DNA of 64,000 nt, taken from positions 1 through 64,000 of the forward strand of contig JAXLQJ010000035.1 of the NCBI GenBank assembly GCA_046331705.1, in the 5' to 3' direction. Every line of letters begins with the position of its first letter. The first letter of the stretch is position 1. Below the pieces are notes generated by a model. It ran no database searches, had not been told where the DNA came from, and saw only the letters and a program-made list of their open reading frames with translations. Below are positions 60,846 to 64,000 of the stretch, in pieces. The position numbers and the translations under genes are program-made. This DNA comes from a bacterium (GTDB lineage Bacteria; JADJOY01).

Positions 60846-61076
60846 GGGCGCCTCGTTCGTGGCCCGCGATGGACCGATGACGCGAGCCTGCCACGAGTCA
60901 CGGCGCCGTGTCGCACGTCGTTGCGACGCTTTCTGCAACGCGTTCGCAATCTGCGACATGCGTCACGGAAGCGCTTCGCGACGCAATGCGCCGCGAAACG
61001 GCCGATCGATCGCCGTTTTCTCGTGATTTCCTGGCGATCGAAAACCTCGTCCCGATCGCGCCCGCATCGGCACGAT

Positions 61077-61092
61077 TGGCACGAAGCTCGCT
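61077..61092 (+). promoter_or_regulatory. sigma54 (-24/-12) promoter
   Basis: TGGCACGAAGCTCGCT versus consensus TGGCACGnnnnTTGCW, with exact GG-GC spacing, in a ~500 nt intergenic gap. Confidence 0.7.
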
Positions 61093-61102
61093 AACGGAAC
61101 CA

Positions 61103-61222
61103 CGTGCGAGCTCCCCAAGGCCCCGTCGGTAATCCTGGGGAAAACAAACAACAAACGGTTTCGCGAAGGGGGGCCTTGGGTTTGCTGGAGGTGTCTTGGG
61201 GGGCCGCCCTTCTCTCTCCTGG
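61103..61222 (+). ncRNA. candidate sigma54-dependent small RNA
   Basis: Follows the sigma54 motif; inverted repeats 61114-61124/61170-61180 and 61165-61175/61202-61212; CA-rich loop AAAACAAACAACAAAC; pyrimidine tail; no credible + strand CDS. Confidence 0.5.
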
Positions 61223-61354
61223 GTCGATGTAGCCGGTCTCGCGTTGCGCCAAGGGCGAGTGGGATGACCACTCGCCCTTCGTGCATCTCGATTCCGTCGC
61301 ACGGCGCCACGCGACGCCCGCACCCGATGGGTCCGCCCGCCCAGCGCTCGAGCC

Positions 61355-62626
61355 TCAACCGCCCACCAGCGCCTCCAGCAAGAACCACCAGCCCACCGCG
61401 AACGCCAGGCTCACGAGTGCATACGGTGCGATCCGCGTCGCATGCGTGGCGAATCCGATCTCGGTGCCGTGAGCGCGCGCCTGCTCCACCACGATCAGAT
61501 TCGCGATCGATCCGATCAGCAGCAGGTTTCCCGCATAGGTGCTGGTGAGCGCCAGCAGATACGCGAGCTCCGGCCGCCCCGCCGGCCACTCCGCCATCAG
61601 CAGCATCACCGCGGGAACGTTGCTCACCAGATTGCTCAGGACCACGCTCGCCGACGCGAGCACCGCGGGGCTGTGCAGCTCGAGGCCGGATGCGGCGAGC
61701 CAGCCCTCGACGGCCGTCATGCCGCCCGCCACGCGAAAACCCTCGATGAGCACGAACAGCGCGATGAAGAGCAGCAACAACGGCCAGTCCACCAACGACA
61801 GGAACTGGGGCGTGGTGAGACGACGACTGGTGAGCAGCACCGCAACCACGCCCAGGACCGATACCTCGCGCGGCACACGCGTGAAGAAGAGCACCACCAG
61901 CAACAGGGTGAGCAGCACCCCCTTGGTGGATTGGACGCGGTCGAACGGACGCGTCGAGGTCATCAGCTCGGGATCGAGCGGCCAGTCGGCGACGTCGTGG
62001 GGTGCGTGCGCGCGCCCGGCGCGATCCGTCTCCAGGTCGCCGCGGCGCGCGAGCCAGACGTAGAGAAGCGCCAAGCTCACCAGCGAGGGCGGCCCGCACC
62101 ACCCGAGAAAAGAGCCGAAATCGAGGTGGGCGCGCTGGCCGATGAACATGTTCTGCGGGTTGCCGATCACGGTGGCGGCGGAGCCCACGTTCGCCGCCGC
62201 CGCCAGTCCCAGCAGGAACGGCACCGGATTCCAGCCACGCCGCGCGGTGATCTCGAGCACGATGGGCGTCAGCACCAGGCAGATGACGTCGTTCGAGAGC
62301 AGCGCCGAGAGCAGGGCGCTCGCGAGCAACGTGAACGCCAGGAAACCGCGTGCGCCGAGGCCGCTGCGCGCCGCGCGCAACGCCACCGCGCTGTAGAAGC
62401 CGCCGAGCCGGAACTGGGCGGAGAGCACCATCAGCCCGAAGAGCAGCACCAGCGTGCCGGCGTCGATCGCGTGCGTGGCCGCGGGGAACGAGATCGTGCC
62501 GGTGGCCACCATCAGCATCGCGCCGAGCAGCGCCACGCCGGTTCGATCGACGCCGAGTCCAGGGATCTCGCCGATCGCGATGCCCACGTACGCGAGCACG
62601 AAGATCGCCACACCGAGGGTGTTCAT
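61355..62626 (-). CDS. ArsB/NhaD (SLC13-like) anion permease
   Basis: DRTGVALLGA, SALLSNDVICL, AANVGSAATVIGNPQN, SNLVSNVPA, AGNLLLIGSIANLIV. Confidence 0.9.
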   Translation of the reverse strand: MNTLGVAIFVLAYVGIAIGEIPGLGVDRTGVALLGAMLMVATGTISFPAATHAIDAGTLVLLFGLMVLSAQFRLGGFYSAVALRAARSGLGARGFLAFTLLASALLSALLSNDVICLVLTPIVLEITARRGWNPVPFLLGLAAAANVGSAATVIGNPQNMFIGQRAHLDFGSFLGWCGPPSLVSLALLYVWLARRGDLETDRAGRAHAPHDVADWPLDPELMTSTRPFDRVQSTKGVLLTLLLVVLFFTRVPREVSVLGVVAVLLTSRRLTTPQFLSLVDWPLLLLFIALFVLIEGFRVAGGMTAVEGWLAASGLELHSPAVLASASVVLSNLVSNVPAVMLLMAEWPAGRPELAYLLALTSTYAGNLLLIGSIANLIVVEQARAHGTEIGFATHATRIAPYALVSLAFAVGWWFLLEALVGG

Positions 62627-62802
62627 GGCGTCGACCACCGAGAGCGAACGAGACGCCGAAACGTAGCTCCGCGCGCGTCGCCCAACCCGGTCGGCGCGGG
62701 CGAGGCGCCCGCCAGCGACGCGCCGCGCCGCCGGCGGGCGCGGCGGCGGCCGGTTACGTTGCCTCGGCCACGCGAGTCACAGCACCCCGCGGGGACGCGC
62801 GC

Positions 62803-63282
62803 ATGCCGCCACTCAAACGCGACCCGAGCCTCATCGCGCTGTCGCGCGACCACCATCAAGGGCTGCTGCGCGTCTTCTTCCTGCGCCAGGCACTGCGCGC
62901 GGGAAGCGGTCTCGACCATCAAGCGAACGTCACCCGCGCGTTCTTCGAGAGCGAGCTGGTGCCGCATTTCCGGGCCGAGGAAGACGTGCTCTTCCCGTTG
63001 CTCCGGCCGCTCCTCGACGCGGGCGACGATCTGATCGATCGCCTGGTGGCCGAGCATCGCGAGCTCGAGGCGCTCAGCCGCGCGCTCGACGGCACGGCCG
63101 AGGCGCTCGCACGCTACGCCGAGCTTCTCGAGCGCCACATCCGTACCGAGGAACGGGTGCTCTTCGAGCTCTATCAGGCGCGCGTGCCGGCCACGGAGCG
63201 CGCGGCCGTCGGGCAAGCACTGGCGCGAGCGACGGAGCGCGGCGACGAGCGCACCGAGAGCTGCGCGCGCCCCGGCGGCTGA
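62803..63282 (+). CDS. hemerythrin (HHE) domain protein
   Basis: LSRDHH, HFRAEEDVLFP, AEHREL, HIRTEERVLF. Confidence 0.85.
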   Translation: MPPLKRDPSLIALSRDHHQGLLRVFFLRQALRAGSGLDHQANVTRAFFESELVPHFRAEEDVLFPLLRPLLDAGDDLIDRLVAEHRELEALSRALDGTAEALARYAELLERHIRTEERVLFELYQARVPATERAAVGQALARATERGDERTESCARPGG

Positions 63283-63286
63283 CGCG

Positions 63287-64000
63287 TCACGCGAGCTTGA
63301 AGATCCGCCGTGCGTTGTCGCGGAAGAAGAGCCGCTCGCTCTCCTCGCCGAGCCCCAGCTCGAGCGCCTGCTGGACCGCCTTGTGGAACATGAGCTGGGG
63401 GAAGTTGGTGCCGAAGAGCACCTTGTCCTTGCCGTAGGTCTTGGCGAAGTGGACGAGCTGCTGCGGGTAGTAGCGCGGTAGATACGCGGAGGTGTCGATG
63501 TAGACGTGCTCGTGCTTCCACGCGAGCCCGATCATCTCGTCCGTCCACGGATAGCCGATGTGCCCGCCGACGATCTTGAGCTCGGGGAACTTGAGCGCGA
63601 TCTCGTCGATGTAGGGAATGGGACGACCGGTCTCCGACGGCATGAGCGGACCGGTATGCCCCACCTGCGTGCAGAACGGGATGTCGAGATCGATGCACTT
63701 CACGTAGAGCGGCCAGTAGTGCTTGTCGTTGGGCGGCAGGCTCCAGAGCCACGGGATCACCCGCAGCGCCTTGAATCCCAGGTGTTTGATGGCGCGATCC
63801 AGCTCGCGCACGGCGGCCATCGGTTTCTCCAGATCCACCGCGGCCACCCCGACGAAGCGCGTCGGATGACGCGCCACCCATTCGGCGATCTCGTCGTTGG
63901 TCGCGACCCAGCAGCTCGGTCGGCACCACGCGCACAGCAACAGCTGCTCGACACCCGCGAGATCCATGAGCTGAACGACGTCGTCGGGAGTGAGGCCGGT
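63287..64000 (-). CDS. amidohydrolase family 2 protein (5'-partial)
   Basis: TNDEIAEWV..HPTRF, FCTQVGHTGP, IVGGHIGYPW, YIDTSAY, VLFGTNFP. Confidence 0.9.
   Translation of the reverse strand, partial: TGLTPDDVVQLMDLAGVEQLLLCAWCRPSCWVATNDEIAEWVARHPTRFVGVAAVDLEKPMAAVRELDRAIKHLGFKALRVIPWLWSLPPNDKHYWPLYVKCIDLDIPFCTQVGHTGPLMPSETGRPIPYIDEIALKFPELKIVGGHIGYPWTDEMIGLAWKHEHVYIDTSAYLPRYYPQQLVHFAKTYGKDKVLFGTNFPQLMFHKAVQQALELGLGEESERLFFRDNARRIFKLA

Overview
High-GC bacterial chromosomal window. Several GGC/GC-TM-RRR C-terminal sorting tails and the gene repertoire suggest a Myxococcota/deltaproteobacteria-like organism (inference). About 49 CDS were recognised. No rRNA, tRNA, CRISPR array or mobile element was seen. 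Highlights: (1) a ~14 kb signalling block (38.7-52.4 kb) with a translationally coupled run of PAS histidine kinase, single-domain response regulator, REC/KaiA-like protein (KaiA3-type), kaiB, kaiC and a hybrid kinase, next to a REC-GGDEF-EAL protein and a paralogous kinase/regulator pair, i.e. a complete KaiABC-like oscillator with apparent input and output modules; (2) a Fur-boxed operon of porin, Bfd, Bfr, FMN-binding protein, membrane protein and SDR; (3) an orphan sigma54 promoter driving a probable structured, CA-rich small RNA at ~61.1 kb; (4) three tandem paralogous GT-C glycosyltransferases plus a GT2, divergent from two Gfo/Idh/MocA genes; (5) an AGL-like GH13+GH133 debranching enzyme, Ccr, and several unusual fusions. 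All family calls come from motif recognition by eye; no database searches were run.
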